Below are positions 9,969 to 21,582 of a stretch of DNA of 64,000 nucleotides, piece after piece. Positions within the stretch are counted from its first letter, which is position 1; the number at the start of each line of letters is the position of its first letter. Location of the stretch: assembly GCA_040380025.1 (NCBI GenBank), contig JBEIJY010000006.1, forward strand, positions 1 through 64,000, written 5' to 3'. Made by a program: the position numbers and the translations under genes. The notes beneath the pieces were generated by a model that was given only the letters and a program-made list of their open reading frames with translations, ran no database searches and was not told where the DNA came from. The stretch is from Bdellovibrionales bacterium (lineage in GTDB: Bacteria; Bdellovibrionota; UBA1018; CAIMNF01).

Positions 9969-12473
9969 TCAATCTTCTCGCAGGGTCTCGTCATCGGCGT
10001 CCTCGATCCGTGCCGGCGCACCCCTCGGGGCCGAGGTCTCGAGCTTCATTCCCGGCTCAGTGCCCGCAATGAAGGCTTCGCGGATCGAACGGGGGCCGGA
10101 TGCCAGTCTTCCTGATTTCGGGTCCACGTTCACGAAGGCGATGCCCTCGGGCACGAGGAAGTCCTGATTCGGATAATCCTTCAGGACATTCGTCATGTAA
10201 CGCACCCAGATCGGAAGGGCCGTATTCGCCCCGGTCTCGCCCCGGCCCATCGACTTTTGGTCGTCATATCCGACCCAAACCCCGGTCACAACGCGCGGCG
10301 AAAACCCGATGAACCAGCCGTCCCGAAAGTCCTGCGTCGTTCCGGTTTTTCCGGCAACCGGACGCCCCACGCTATTCGCCTTGGCGGCTGTTCCGAATTG
10401 AACGACCTCTTTCATCAGGTATGTCATCACATAGGCAACGCGAGGGTCTAGACGCATTCCGGGAACCACCGGCGAATAGGGCGACAAGAGAGGATCCACC
10501 TCGAGGTTCGCCTCGCCCTTCTCGACCGGAAGATCCGCCGAGGTCTCGAGCACCCGCCCGTCGCGATCGCGAATCGACTGGAACACGTTGGCGCGGAAGG
10601 GCTTCCCTTGGAGCGGATACGCCGTGAACGCATGAACGAGATCCTGAACCGAGGTCACCGCCGAGCCGAGCGAGATCGAAAGATCCGGAATGAACTCCGA
10701 GTCGATCCCGAGACGCTTGGCCTGTTGGATCACCGTCTGGACCTTGATGTCCTGGACGATCTTCACTGTCGGAATGTTCCGCGAATTGATGAGCGCCTGC
10801 CGGAAGGTGGTGTCGCCGTAGAATTTTTCTTCGTAGTTCTCGGGTTTCCAGACGCCGTTCTCTTTGTCCTCGAAGACCACGGGCGAGTCGACGATAATGC
10901 TTCCCGGGGTATAGCCCTTTTCGATGGCGGCCGAATAAATGATCGGCTTGAAGGTCGAGCCCATCTGGCGCTTTGCTTGGACGGCGCGATTGAACTCGGA
11001 GGTTTCAAAGCTGTACCCGCCCACCATCGCAAGGATCTGTCCGGTCTCGACATCGACCGAGTACAGCGCGCCCTGGATTTCGGGCACTTGGGTCAGGCGT
11101 GCCTTCCAGAGTCCGGCCGAATATCCCTGCACATGCACCCACACCACATCACCGGGATGAAGCACATCGGCCACCGTCTTCGGTGCCTTGTACGGATTCG
11201 CGGCCGGCGCCGCCCACTTCATGCCTTCCAACGACAACTGCACGGGGACAAGACCGATCGAGGCCTGTGCGGATTTCAGGTCGGGCGAAATCCGCGTCAC
11301 AACGGCCTTCAGGCGCTTTCCACGCAGGCTTTTTTCGTAGGTGGGATCATACGAGGCGACCGCCTCTTCGAAGCTCAGCTCGCCATCCGGGGTGAGGTAC
11401 CGGAACGGAAAATTCTCTTTGATGACTTCCTTTTTCAGTGTCTGCTGAAACTCCGCCCACTCCGACTCCGGAATGTTCCGGATCGGACCGCGGTATCCCT
11501 TGCGCTGGTCGACTTCTTCGAGCCCCGCCTCGACCGCCTCCTGGGCATAGCGCGAATACTTCGCGGCCGACGGAATCATCACACTCATCCCGTCCTCGTA
11601 CAAAAGCTTCTCGCCGTACTTTTGAATGAGATGCCGGCGGATGTACTCGACAAAATGCGGGGCAAGATTCCGCTCGGTGCCGTCATCGACAAAAATCCGC
11701 ACTTCCTCGGTGCCGGCGCTCTTTTGCTCGGCCTCGGTGATGTGGCGGTTTTCTTTCATGCGCTTCAGCACGTACAGTTGTCGCTCTTTCGCCTTTTTCG
11801 GGTTCAAAAGCGGCGAATATTTTCCGGGGGCGGTGGGAAGTCCCGCGATGAGCGCCATCTCCGCCGTGGTAAGGGTTTTCAGATCCTTATGAAAATACGT
11901 GCGGGCCGCGGCCTGGACTCCGTACGCGCCACTCCCGAGATAAATCTGGTTCAGATACAAATACAGGATTTCTTCTTTGGTCAGATTCCGTTCGAGCGCG
12001 AGCACGAGCAAGAGCTCGCGGATCTTGCGAAGAAGATTCCGTTCGGGGCTCAAGTAAAGCGATTTTGCGATCTGCTGGGTGATGGTGCTCCCGCCCTGCA
12101 CCACCTGGCCCGCAAGGAAGTTCGCGATGGCCGCGCGCAGGATCGCGAACACATTCACGCCCTGATGCTCGAAAAAAGTCGAATCTTCGGCCGAAAGGAA
12201 CGCCTGGATCAGCTTCGGCGGAATCTGGTCATACGGGGTCAGATAGCGGCGTTCTTTATAAAACTCCGCCATGACTTTTGTCTCGCCGTTCTCGACCGAC
12301 AAGACCTGCGTCACGCCCAAGGGGCGGTAATCCGAAACGCGCTTGATCTCGGGGACCTCGCTCGAGAGACGCCGGAACGAAACCCAAGCACGGCCGCCTC
12401 CCGCGACAACCAACCCGACTGCGATGATGACGATGGCCTTGGCGCCGATTTTCAGATTTCGAAGAAGCTTCAT
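9969..12473 (-). CDS. mrcA: Penicillin-binding protein 1A
   Basis: Transglycosylase AEDxxFFEHxG and GGSTITQQ; transpeptidase STFK, SRN, KTG; ATG at 12473. Confidence 0.93.
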   Translation of the reverse strand: MKLLRNLKIGAKAIVIIAVGLVVAGGGRAWVSFRRLSSEVPEIKRVSDYRPLGVTQVLSVENGETKVMAEFYKERRYLTPYDQIPPKLIQAFLSAEDSTFFEHQGVNVFAILRAAIANFLAGQVVQGGSTITQQIAKSLYLSPERNLLRKIRELLLVLALERNLTKEEILYLYLNQIYLGSGAYGVQAAARTYFHKDLKTLTTAEMALIAGLPTAPGKYSPLLNPKKAKERQLYVLKRMKENRHITEAEQKSAGTEEVRIFVDDGTERNLAPHFVEYIRRHLIQKYGEKLLYEDGMSVMIPSAAKYSRYAQEAVEAGLEEVDQRKGYRGPIRNIPESEWAEFQQTLKKEVIKENFPFRYLTPDGELSFEEAVASYDPTYEKSLRGKRLKAVVTRISPDLKSAQASIGLVPVQLSLEGMKWAAPAANPYKAPKTVADVLHPGDVVWVHVQGYSAGLWKARLTQVPEIQGALYSVDVETGQILAMVGGYSFETSEFNRAVQAKRQMGSTFKPIIYSAAIEKGYTPGSIIVDSPVVFEDKENGVWKPENYEEKFYGDTTFRQALINSRNIPTVKIVQDIKVQTVIQQAKRLGIDSEFIPDLSISLGSAVTSVQDLVHAFTAYPLQGKPFRANVFQSIRDRDGRVLETSADLPVEKGEANLEVDPLLSPYSPVVPGMRLDPRVAYVMTYLMKEVVQFGTAAKANSVGRPVAGKTGTTQDFRDGWFIGFSPRVVTGVWVGYDDQKSMGRGETGANTALPIWVRYMTNVLKDYPNQDFLVPEGIAFVNVDPKSGRLASGPRSIREAFIAGTEPGMKLETSAPRGAPARIEDADDETLRED

Positions 12474-12493
12474 GAGGCTCCATCCTACCTCGT

Positions 12494-13246
12494 TTACGGG
12501 AGTGTCGTCCAATGGATCAAGTACTCGGTATTGCCGTCTCCACCGGTGATCGGAGAAACCATCCAGCCCCGGGATGCGAGTCCGAGTGTCTCTTCGGCCC
12601 AAACGAGCGTTTCGCGGAGCGTCCGGCGCGCCCGTTCTTGATCGAGAACAATTCCGCCCTCGCCGACGCCGTCGCGGCCCACTTCGAACTGCGGCTTGAA
12701 GAGCACGACCAGATCGGCACCCGGCACGAGACCGGTCAGAAGCGGTCCGAGTAAAAGCCGAATCGAGATGAACGACACATCCATGACCAGCAATTCAAAG
12801 CGAGTGGCGAAATCTTCCGCCCGAAAATTCCGGGCATGGTATTTTTCTCTCACCCGCACCCTCGGGTCCTCCCGAAGCTTTACGGCGAGCTGACCGCTTC
12901 CGACATCGAGCGCGGTGACTTCTTTGGCTCCGCGCTCGAGCAAAACCTCGGTGAACCCGCCGGTCGAGGCGCCGACATCGATCGCCACCCGGCCCTCGAT
13001 CTTGACCTGAAACCGCTCGAGCGCGGCAATCAGCTTGTGCGCTCCCCGCGAGACATACTCCCGACCCAGGGGGATCACCTCGATCGCGTCCTCGGGCGAG
13101 ACCTCCTCGCTTGGTTTTTCGATCACCCGACCCGATACCCGCACACGCCCCTCGCGAATCCACTCTTGCGCACGCGTACGCGACCCGGAAAGGCCTCGCC
13201 TGACCAGCTCCTGATCGATGCGGGTTTTTGATTTTTCGCGGGTCAC
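12494..13246 (-). CDS. tlyA: TlyA family rRNA 2'-O-methyltransferase (S4 + FtsJ-like)
   Basis: YVSRGAHKL, DVGASTGGFT, DVSFIS, KPQFE; GTG start overlaps xseB stop. Confidence 0.92.
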   Translation of the reverse strand: MTREKSKTRIDQELVRRGLSGSRTRAQEWIREGRVRVSGRVIEKPSEEVSPEDAIEVIPLGREYVSRGAHKLIAALERFQVKIEGRVAIDVGASTGGFTEVLLERGAKEVTALDVGSGQLAVKLREDPRVRVREKYHARNFRAEDFATRFELLVMDVSFISIRLLLGPLLTGLVPGADLVVLFKPQFEVGRDGVGEGGIVLDQERARRTLRETLVWAEETLGLASRGWMVSPITGGDGNTEYLIHWTTLP

Positions 13247-13473
13247 GATTCGGTCGGAAAGGGCTTCGTCTCGACCGCATCGGCACCGGCTTTGATCAGA
13301 AGCTCGACCCTTTGCTCTGCCTGCGAGAGCACGCTCTGACATTGCTTGACGAGGCCGATTCCTTCTTGGAACGCCCCAAGGGAATCTTCGAGCGACAAGG
13401 TCCCGGACTCGAGATTCTTGACGATGGCTTCAAGCTTCTGGATCGACTGTTCGAAGGTTTCCGAAGAGATCAT
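13243..13473 (-). CDS. xseB: Exodeoxyribonuclease VII small subunit
   Basis: FEQSIQKLEAIVKNLESGTLSLEDSL...AEQRV. Confidence 0.93.
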   Translation of the reverse strand: MISSETFEQSIQKLEAIVKNLESGTLSLEDSLGAFQEGIGLVKQCQSVLSQAEQRVELLIKAGADAVETKPFPTES

Positions 13474-13476
13474 GCC

Positions 13477-15294
13477 TTAAGGAGATACCACATGGATCAC
13501 CCTCGGCGAAACGGGGATCAGTTCGGTCAGGATGGTTTCTTTGTCTTCTTTTACGATCCTCACCTGACTCAACCCCTCCGAAACCTGAACCGCCATGTAG
13601 CGGGGAAGATCGCCTTCGAGAGGTTCGACCTCCGAAATGGTCCCGTCCCAAAGAACCGAATAATTGAGCGGCTCGAGCCCGAGCTTTTGCGTGAGCGGCT
13701 GGACCCGCGCGGTATGGAAGCTTCGAAACCCGTCGATTTTTTTGCGGTCGACCGCACCCACGATCATGGCGCCCTGGTCGCTCAATCCCTGCTTCACCTG
13801 ACTGAGCCAATGATGAAGCGAGGGCTCGGCGATCTGATTCACCACGTACTTTCCTTTCGAGTCCGGCGCGCGGAGCTCATAGCGGTACGTATATCCTGGT
13901 CCGAGTTCTGACTTCGAACTGACATCGACAAATACCGGATACCCCCGCACCGAGCGCACCCCGCGAAGAAGGGCTTCACCATCGCTCCGGGTGATGGCAT
14001 GAATGCCTGCATGGGTCGACAGGCCCACAGTGAGTCCCGCGACATCGGAATCATTCGGAACGGCGTTCTTGACCACCTTGACGGTCAGATCACGTTCGAC
14101 CGGCGGAGCAAGATCGAGATACGTGAACACGTCCTCGAGCACGGGCACGAACACCGTGGTGCTTTGGTCGGGGCGCTGGTCCGGCACGAGCTCGATCACG
14201 CCGGGCCCGGGCTCGGCGTTCAGGATCATGAAGTAGCTTCGCCGGTTGGCGGTGAAGTACTCGGTGTCCTCGGAACGGCCGGTGAATTCGACCTTGTAGC
14301 CCTTCGGCAAAATTCCGACAATCGCACCGGTTCCTTTGGTGATGTGCAGGCCCTTGCGAATCGTGATCGAGGCCAGGATCATGTCATCCATGAGCAAGGT
14401 CGCACCGCCGTTCGGGGCGGGGAATCGCGCCAGCGTCGGGCGATGAAACGAGCTCTCGACCCGCATCCATCCCTGCTGATCGCCCCGATTCGAGACCCAC
14501 ACGGTGCGCTCGGGACAAGCCGTCAGGGATTCTCCCACAGCCGGGTCGAGACTGACCCGCTCAAACGCCTGGGCCGAGTTGCCACTGCACGAACCGAGCA
14601 CATACTCATCGACCTTCACTTCAGACCGAACCGCCACCTCGCGGAGCGCGAGCTCCTCACCCTGATTCTGCCGGTCGAGCATGCTCACGATCTGCTCGGC
14701 GCGCTCTGCGGGCGGCGTCCGAGGCGGCGTCCGGGGCGTGCCCCCCAGAAGAATCGCCGCAACTTGTTTTTGCTGTTCTGCGCTCAGCGCTGACGATAGC
14801 GTGATGCGAGCGGAGTCCACCGTGTCGCCCGGTTTCGTCGCCGGAATTTGAGTACTCAGTGCATTCGCCACCACCAGCGGACGAGTACTCATTCTGGAGC
14901 CCGCATTCGAACGGTCCGCCTCGATCAGCTCGCGGTACAGCCTTTCGAGCTTGGCGAGATTCGAGGGACCGGATTGGAATCCAGTTGGTTTCTTTTCGGG
15001 TGTTACCGGCTTTTCGGGAGGAAGGGTGAAGGGAGGAAGAACGAATCCCTGCAGCTCTGGCTCGACCGCCACCGAGTTCACGGCAGCCGGATCGCGGATC
15101 GCGCGAAGCGCACCCTCGGCAAGCCACGCGAGCGGATGCGGGGACTGGTGAGACCGAGCTGGATCAGATCGCGAAGAAAAATCGATGTGATAGCCCGCAA
15201 CGACCCCGCCGACGAAGCTGAAGCCAGCGGCAAAGTGCGCCCAGGGCAAGAGGATACTGCGTAATGGGAGGCCTCGAAAAATCCGCTTCATCAT
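13477..15294 (-). CDS. Hypothetical membrane-anchored/exported protein (605 aa)
   Basis: Long ORF with N-terminal hydrophobic segment, Pro-rich linker, beta-rich C-terminal half; ends 3 bp before xseB. Confidence 0.75.
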   Translation of the reverse strand: MMKRIFRGLPLRSILLPWAHFAAGFSFVGGVVAGYHIDFSSRSDPARSHQSPHPLAWLAEGALRAIRDPAAVNSVAVEPELQGFVLPPFTLPPEKPVTPEKKPTGFQSGPSNLAKLERLYRELIEADRSNAGSRMSTRPLVVANALSTQIPATKPGDTVDSARITLSSALSAEQQKQVAAILLGGTPRTPPRTPPAERAEQIVSMLDRQNQGEELALREVAVRSEVKVDEYVLGSCSGNSAQAFERVSLDPAVGESLTACPERTVWVSNRGDQQGWMRVESSFHRPTLARFPAPNGGATLLMDDMILASITIRKGLHITKGTGAIVGILPKGYKVEFTGRSEDTEYFTANRRSYFMILNAEPGPGVIELVPDQRPDQSTTVFVPVLEDVFTYLDLAPPVERDLTVKVVKNAVPNDSDVAGLTVGLSTHAGIHAITRSDGEALLRGVRSVRGYPVFVDVSSKSELGPGYTYRYELRAPDSKGKYVVNQIAEPSLHHWLSQVKQGLSDQGAMIVGAVDRKKIDGFRSFHTARVQPLTQKLGLEPLNYSVLWDGTISEVEPLEGDLPRYMAVQVSEGLSQVRIVKEDKETILTELIPVSPRVIHVVSP

Positions 15295-15376
15295 CCTTGA
15301 TTCGCTTTGGCAATCTTTGCCAGGTACATCCCGTACCTTTGATTATTCGCGAATCAACGAAGAAGGACAACAGAAT

Positions 15377-15784
15377 TCATGATCTGCCAAACGACTGACG
15401 GATCATCGCGCGCTGGAGCTTGAGCTGGTACTTCTTGAAGCTCGACGGATCCAACGAAGCATCCGTCAGCATCTTCTCGGCCTTCTGCTGGGCCGCGCGC
15501 GCGCGAGAGAGATCGATCTCGTGCGCAAGCTCGAGCGTCTCGGCGATCACCTTCACCGAGCCGTTTTCGACATTCACGAACCCGCTCGAGATCACGCCCT
15601 TTACCGGGGCCTTGCCCACGGGAGTGTACTCAAAGCGCCCCGTGAACAGGGTCGCCACGAGATTGGCGTGACCGGGAAGAATCTCCAGCTCCCCCAACTC
15701 GCTCGTCACGAGGAAGGAGGTCACCGCCTCATCCTCGGTCAGGCGCCTTTCGGGAGCAAAAATGCTCAGATTGAACGATTCCAT
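15377..15784 (-). CDS. atpC: ATP synthase F1 epsilon
   Basis: GELEILPGHA, SSGFVNV, RARAA; operon position. Confidence 0.93.
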   Translation of the reverse strand: MESFNLSIFAPERRLTEDEAVTSFLVTSELGELEILPGHANLVATLFTGRFEYTPVGKAPVKGVISSGFVNVENGSVKVIAETLELAHEIDLSRARAAQQKAEKMLTDASLDPSSFKKYQLKLQRAMIRQSFGRS

Positions 15785-15805
15785 GATTGCGTCCGTCCTT
15801 CAGGA

Positions 15806-17242
<1,437 letters not shown>

Positions 17243-17254
17243 TTAATTTGAAAT

Positions 17255-18148
17255 TTACGCTTGGACCTTTTGCGATTCGCTTCCCGAGATGATCTCCAGA
17301 AGCTCCTTCGTGATGGCCGCTTGTCTTTGTTTGTTGTACTGAAGCGTGAGCTTGCGAATCATGTCGCCCGCGTTCCGCGTGGCGTTCTCCATCGCGCTCA
17401 TCCGCGCACCGTGTTCCGAAGCCTGCGCCTCCAAAAGCGCCTTGAACACTTCGGTCACAAAGTATTTTGCCGAGAGCGCCTCATAGAGGGCCGTCTTGGA
17501 CGGTTCGAACAGCGTGATCTCGTCCTGGAGGGCCGAGTCCGGCGTCTTTTCGGGCGTCTCCGCCGCGACGCCCTCTTCGCTCATCACCGGCAGGATCAGG
17601 TCCGCAACGCTCTCTTGCGAGATCGCATTCCGGAAGCAGCTGTACACGAACACGACTTCGTCGACTTCGCCGGAATCGTACAGCGGAAGGATTTTCTTCG
17701 CGAGCTCGGAGGCCTTTTTGAACGTGATCTTCGCACCAAACTCTTCGAAGTGAATCACGTCGAGCTGAATCCGGTTTCGCAAAATCTCGAGCGCCTTCTT
17801 GCCGACGAACGCAGTCTTGACCTTCCGGCCCTCGCCCGCCTTCTCGGTCAAAAACTGAAGCGCCGTCCGGCTCACGCTCGAATTATACCCGCCACAAAGC
17901 CCGCGATCGGAACTCACGACCACCAAAAGAGTCGCGGGCTTTCGCACGATCTCAGAAGAGGCATGAGCCCCCTTGCCGACCACGAGGCTCATCATGCGCG
18001 CGATCTCGTGCGCATAAGGTCTTTGGCTCAGAATCGCATCGGTCGCGCGACGAAGCTTCGCAGCCGAGACCATTTTCATGGCCTTCGTGGTTTGCTGCGT
18101 GTTCTTCACCGAGACGATTCGGTTCTTGAGGTCCTTGATGCTTGGCAT
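17255..18148 (-). CDS. atpG: ATP synthase F1 gamma
   Basis: TKAMKMVSAAK, DRGLCG, RQAAITKELLEIISG. Confidence 0.97.
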   Translation of the reverse strand: MPSIKDLKNRIVSVKNTQQTTKAMKMVSAAKLRRATDAILSQRPYAHEIARMMSLVVGKGAHASSEIVRKPATLLVVVSSDRGLCGGYNSSVSRTALQFLTEKAGEGRKVKTAFVGKKALEILRNRIQLDVIHFEEFGAKITFKKASELAKKILPLYDSGEVDEVVFVYSCFRNAISQESVADLILPVMSEEGVAAETPEKTPDSALQDEITLFEPSKTALYEALSAKYFVTEVFKALLEAQASEHGARMSAMENATRNAGDMIRKLTLQYNKQRQAAITKELLEIISGSESQKVQA

Positions 18149-19653
18149 TAGCGGAACACCTTCTCAAACGCCTTCAGCGCTTCCATCAGGCGGGCCTTGG
18201 TCGCATCGTCGATCGCCTTCTTGGTGGCGATCGTCTCGGCGATGTCGGCGTGGTTCTTCGCCAAGTAATCCTTCAGCTGGGCCTCATAGGCGCCAAGACG
18301 GTTGGTCGGAAGATTATCGAGGAACCCGTTCACGCCCGCGAAGATGATCAGAATCTGATCTTGAACCTGCATGGGCTGGTATTGGGGTTGCTTCAAAATT
18401 TCAACCAGACGCTGACCACGGGCCAACTGGCGCTGGGTTGCAGGATCGAGATCCGATCCGAACTGGGCGAAAGCGGCCTTCTCGCGATACTGGGCGAGGT
18501 CGATCCGGAGGGTCCCCGCAACTTGCTTCATCGCCTTGATCTGAGCGGCACCACCAACCCGAGAAACCGAAAGACCCACGTTCACCGCCGGGCGAACGCC
18601 GCTGTAGAAGAGGTCCGACTCCAAGAAGATCTGACCGTCGGTGATCGAGATCACGTTGGTCGGAATGTAGCCCGAAACGTCACCGGCCTGGGTTTCGATG
18701 ATCGGAAGAGCCGTGAGGCTTCCCGCGCCGAGCTTGTCGCTGAGCTTCGCCGCGCGCTCGAGAAGGCGCGAGTGCAAATAGAACACGTCGCCCGGATACG
18801 CCTCACGTCCCGGAGGACGGCGAAGGAGAAGCGAAAGTTGGCGATACGCCTGGGCCTGCTTCGTCAAATCGTCATACACGATGAGTGCGTGCATTCCGTT
18901 GTCGCGGAAGAACTCTCCCATGGTCACGCCGGTATACGGCGCAAGGAACTGCAGAGGAGCCTGTTCGGACGCGCTCGCCGCGACCACCACCGTGTACTCC
19001 ATCGCGCCCGATTTCTTGAGGCGGTCGACCACTTGGGCAACAGTCGATTGCTTTTGCCCGATGGCGACGTAAATACAAAACACGTCTTTGCCTTTTTGAT
19101 TGATGATCGTGTCGATCGCAATTGCGGTCTTTCCGGTCTGGCGGTCACCGATGATCAGCTCGCGCTGTCCGCGTCCGATCGGAATCATCGCATCGATCGC
19201 CTTGATGCCGGTCTGAAGCGGCTCATGAACCGACTTCCGCTCGATGATGCCGGGAGCCTTCATCTCGACGCGGCCGTATTTGCTCGCCTTGATTTCTCCG
19301 AGGCCGTCGATCGGCTGGCCGAGCGAGTTCACCACGCGCCCGAGGAGCTCTTTTCCGACCGGAACCTGAACGATCTTGCCGGTACGCTTGACGGTCCCGC
19401 CTTCTTTGATCAGGGTTTCATCGCCCAGAATCGCGGCACCCACGGCCATTTCCTCGAGGTTCAATACCATTCCCGTGACGCCGCTGCCGAAGTCGACGAG
19501 CTCGCCCGCCATTGCCTTCTCGAGGCCGTAAATTTTTGCAACCCCGTCACCGACCGCAAGCACGGTTCCGGTCTCGGACACATCCAACCGCGCATCGAGG
19601 TTCGCCAGCTGGCTTTTCAGTACTTCTGCAATTTCATTCGCTTTCAGGCTCAT
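18148..19653 (-). CDS. atpA: ATP synthase F1 alpha
   Basis: [20 protein letters not shown]. Confidence 0.99.
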   Translation of the reverse strand: MSLKANEIAEVLKSQLANLDARLDVSETGTVLAVGDGVAKIYGLEKAMAGELVDFGSGVTGMVLNLEEMAVGAAILGDETLIKEGGTVKRTGKIVQVPVGKELLGRVVNSLGQPIDGLGEIKASKYGRVEMKAPGIIERKSVHEPLQTGIKAIDAMIPIGRGQRELIIGDRQTGKTAIAIDTIINQKGKDVFCIYVAIGQKQSTVAQVVDRLKKSGAMEYTVVVAASASEQAPLQFLAPYTGVTMGEFFRDNGMHALIVYDDLTKQAQAYRQLSLLLRRPPGREAYPGDVFYLHSRLLERAAKLSDKLGAGSLTALPIIETQAGDVSGYIPTNVISITDGQIFLESDLFYSGVRPAVNVGLSVSRVGGAAQIKAMKQVAGTLRIDLAQYREKAAFAQFGSDLDPATQRQLARGQRLVEILKQPQYQPMQVQDQILIIFAGVNGFLDNLPTNRLGAYEAQLKDYLAKNHADIAETIATKKAIDDATKARLMEALKAFEKVFR

Positions 19654-19673
19654 TTGTTTCTCCTTGAGATCTT

Positions 19674-20207
19674 TCAGGCTTGGTTTGCAAGTTTATCAAG
19701 TTTCGAGCGGACGGTTCCGTCGTAGGTGACTCCGCCGATCGTGACCTTCATGCCGGCGATGAGGGAGGCATCGACCTTCGCGCTCAACGACACGGGCTTC
19801 TTCATCTGTTTGGTGAGCGCTTCGGTCAGACCCGAAAGGACCGCGCCGTCGAGCGCCACCGCGCTGACCAGCTCACCGACCACTCCCCCTTTGCGCTCGA
19901 TCTGAAGGACTTCGACTTCCTTCAGAATTCCGGGCAAAAGAGACAATCTTCCGCGCTTGTTCAGCATCGACAGGAATCTCGCCGCAACCGGACCAATTCC
20001 GGCTTTTTCGCAAAGAAGCTTCAGAGCCTTTTGCTTTTCGTCCTCGGACACGACCGGGCCACCGAAGGTCTTCAGAACCAGATCGCTCGACTCGAGCAAG
20101 GCACGGAACAACTCCAGTTCAGTCACGAGCTTCACAAGATCGAGCCCCGAAGAAGGAGCAAGGGCGACATCGACCAGAACTTGGGCATACAGCCGGACTG
20201 CCTTCAT
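19674..20207 (-). CDS. atpH: ATP synthase delta
   Basis: RLYAQ N-terminus, VDASLIAG...YDGTV; position. Confidence 0.9.
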   Translation of the reverse strand: MKAVRLYAQVLVDVALAPSSGLDLVKLVTELELFRALLESSDLVLKTFGGPVVSEDEKQKALKLLCEKAGIGPVAARFLSMLNKRGRLSLLPGILKEVEVLQIERKGGVVGELVSAVALDGAVLSGLTEALTKQMKKPVSLSAKVDASLIAGMKVTIGGVTYDGTVRSKLDKLANQA

Positions 20208-20680
20208 ACCGCACCTCTTTCGAATTCCGCCGAGAGACCGCGAGCGATCCGCTTGTGCACTTCGGGATTCAGCTGTTGCGTGATTTTTTGCTCGGCCTGC
20301 GCCAGGACCGCCTTGCGGAATCCGCGCTCAATCGCGATGCGGGTCTGGGACTCGAGCGTCTTCTTGCTTTGCTCGGCTTCTTTTTTCATTTGCGCAACCA
20401 CACGAACCGACGACTCGCGGATGGCGTGCGCTTGTTGCGATTCTTTTTCTTTCCACTCGGCGAAAATGGCGCCCTTCTCGGCTTCAAGACCGGCAAGCTT
20501 CGCTTCGACCTCCTTGCGGCGACGTGCGATTTCTTGCGCTTGCGCGCGCGAACGGTTCAAGCCGTCGAAGATCTCGGCGCGGCGTCCGCTCACGAACTGC
20601 AAAAAAGGAGTGCGGGTCTTGTAGAAAATGAATCCGACAAGTCCGAAGAGGTTGATTGCGGGCCAGATCAGCTTTTCCAT
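20204..20680 (-). CDS. atpF: ATP synthase Fo subunit b
   Basis: N-terminal TM (AINLF) plus coiled coil; position. Confidence 0.85.
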   Translation of the reverse strand: MEKLIWPAINLFGLVGFIFYKTRTPFLQFVSGRRAEIFDGLNRSRAQAQEIARRRKEVEAKLAGLEAEKGAIFAEWKEKESQQAHAIRESSVRVVAQMKKEAEQSKKTLESQTRIAIERGFRKAVLAQAEQKITQQLNPEVHKRIARGLSAEFERGAV

Positions 20681-20686
20681 GATTGC

Positions 20687-21127
20687 TCAGCTCCCTGCCA
20701 GGACCTTTTGAACCAAAGAGTCCGATACCGCGTTCAGCTGGAGCTTGAGCTCCGACTCGACCTTCAACTTTTCGTCTTGCAGGTGCTGGGCGGCTTTTTG
20801 GTAATCTTTTTTGATTTCTTCTTTGACGGCCTGGATGGCCGCTTCTTCTTGCGCACGAACTTGGGCCAGATTCGCTTCGAATTTGCGCGAGGCCTCGAGA
20901 CGAGTTTCGGTGATCGCCTTCTCGTAATCGGCGATGCGGGTCTCGATCGTCTTCAGCAGCTCGACCGAGCTTTGAACATCATCCTTCAGCTTGTGGTTTC
21001 GCTTTTCAATCAGGTTCTGTACGGGCTTCAGATAAAGCGCCCGCAGGACGAAATAGAACGTCCCGAACAGTACGAACTGATAAAAAAAGGTCTGATTGAT
21101 CTCAAGTTGCTCGAGAATTGCACTCAT
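20687..21127 (-). CDS. ATP synthase Fo subunit b'
   Basis: INQTFFYQFVLF...YLKPV...EKR plus coiled coil. Confidence 0.85.
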   Translation of the reverse strand: MSAILEQLEINQTFFYQFVLFGTFYFVLRALYLKPVQNLIEKRNHKLKDDVQSSVELLKTIETRIADYEKAITETRLEASRKFEANLAQVRAQEEAAIQAVKEEIKKDYQKAAQHLQDEKLKVESELKLQLNAVSDSLVQKVLAGS

Positions 21128-21218
21128 TCTTGCGGGCCCTTTTTGGTGAGCTTGGCTGGAAAACCGGTTTTAAATTTGACCAATTGGCTATCACGGGGCG
21201 CGAAGAATGGTCAAGCGG

Positions 21219-21578
21219 TTATGTCATTTTGTTCGTGCCTTCGAAGATCACTCCGTCTTCGACCTTGAGGCTGGGAGTGCTCATTTCTCCCTTGAAAACC
21301 GCCGGTTTTCGAATCTCAACCCGGTGCCGGGCATCGATCACGGCCTCCACGCGGCCATAGATGATCACGACTCCGGCCTTGATTTCGCCTGTGACCCGGC
21401 CGGTTTCGCCCACCACGAGCATGTCCGGGGTGTTGATTTTTCCGTGAACGACCCCGTTCACATGAAAACACCCGCTGTAGGCCAGGTTTCCACGAAACTC
21501 CACCGAAGCCTCCAGAACGCCGGTCACCTTGGTCGAAACGACCTCGGGCGAAGCAAAGTCCTCGATCCGGTAATTCAT
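21219..21578 (-). CDS. Bactofilin (polymer-forming cytoskeletal protein)
   Basis: Beta-helix pattern FRGNL, VNGVVHGKI, VTGEIKA, GVIFEG. Confidence 0.88.
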   Translation of the reverse strand: MNYRIEDFASPEVVSTKVTGVLEASVEFRGNLAYSGCFHVNGVVHGKINTPDMLVVGETGRVTGEIKAGVVIIYGRVEAVIDARHRVEIRKPAVFKGEMSTPSLKVEDGVIFEGTNKMT

Positions 21579-21582
21579 GGAA

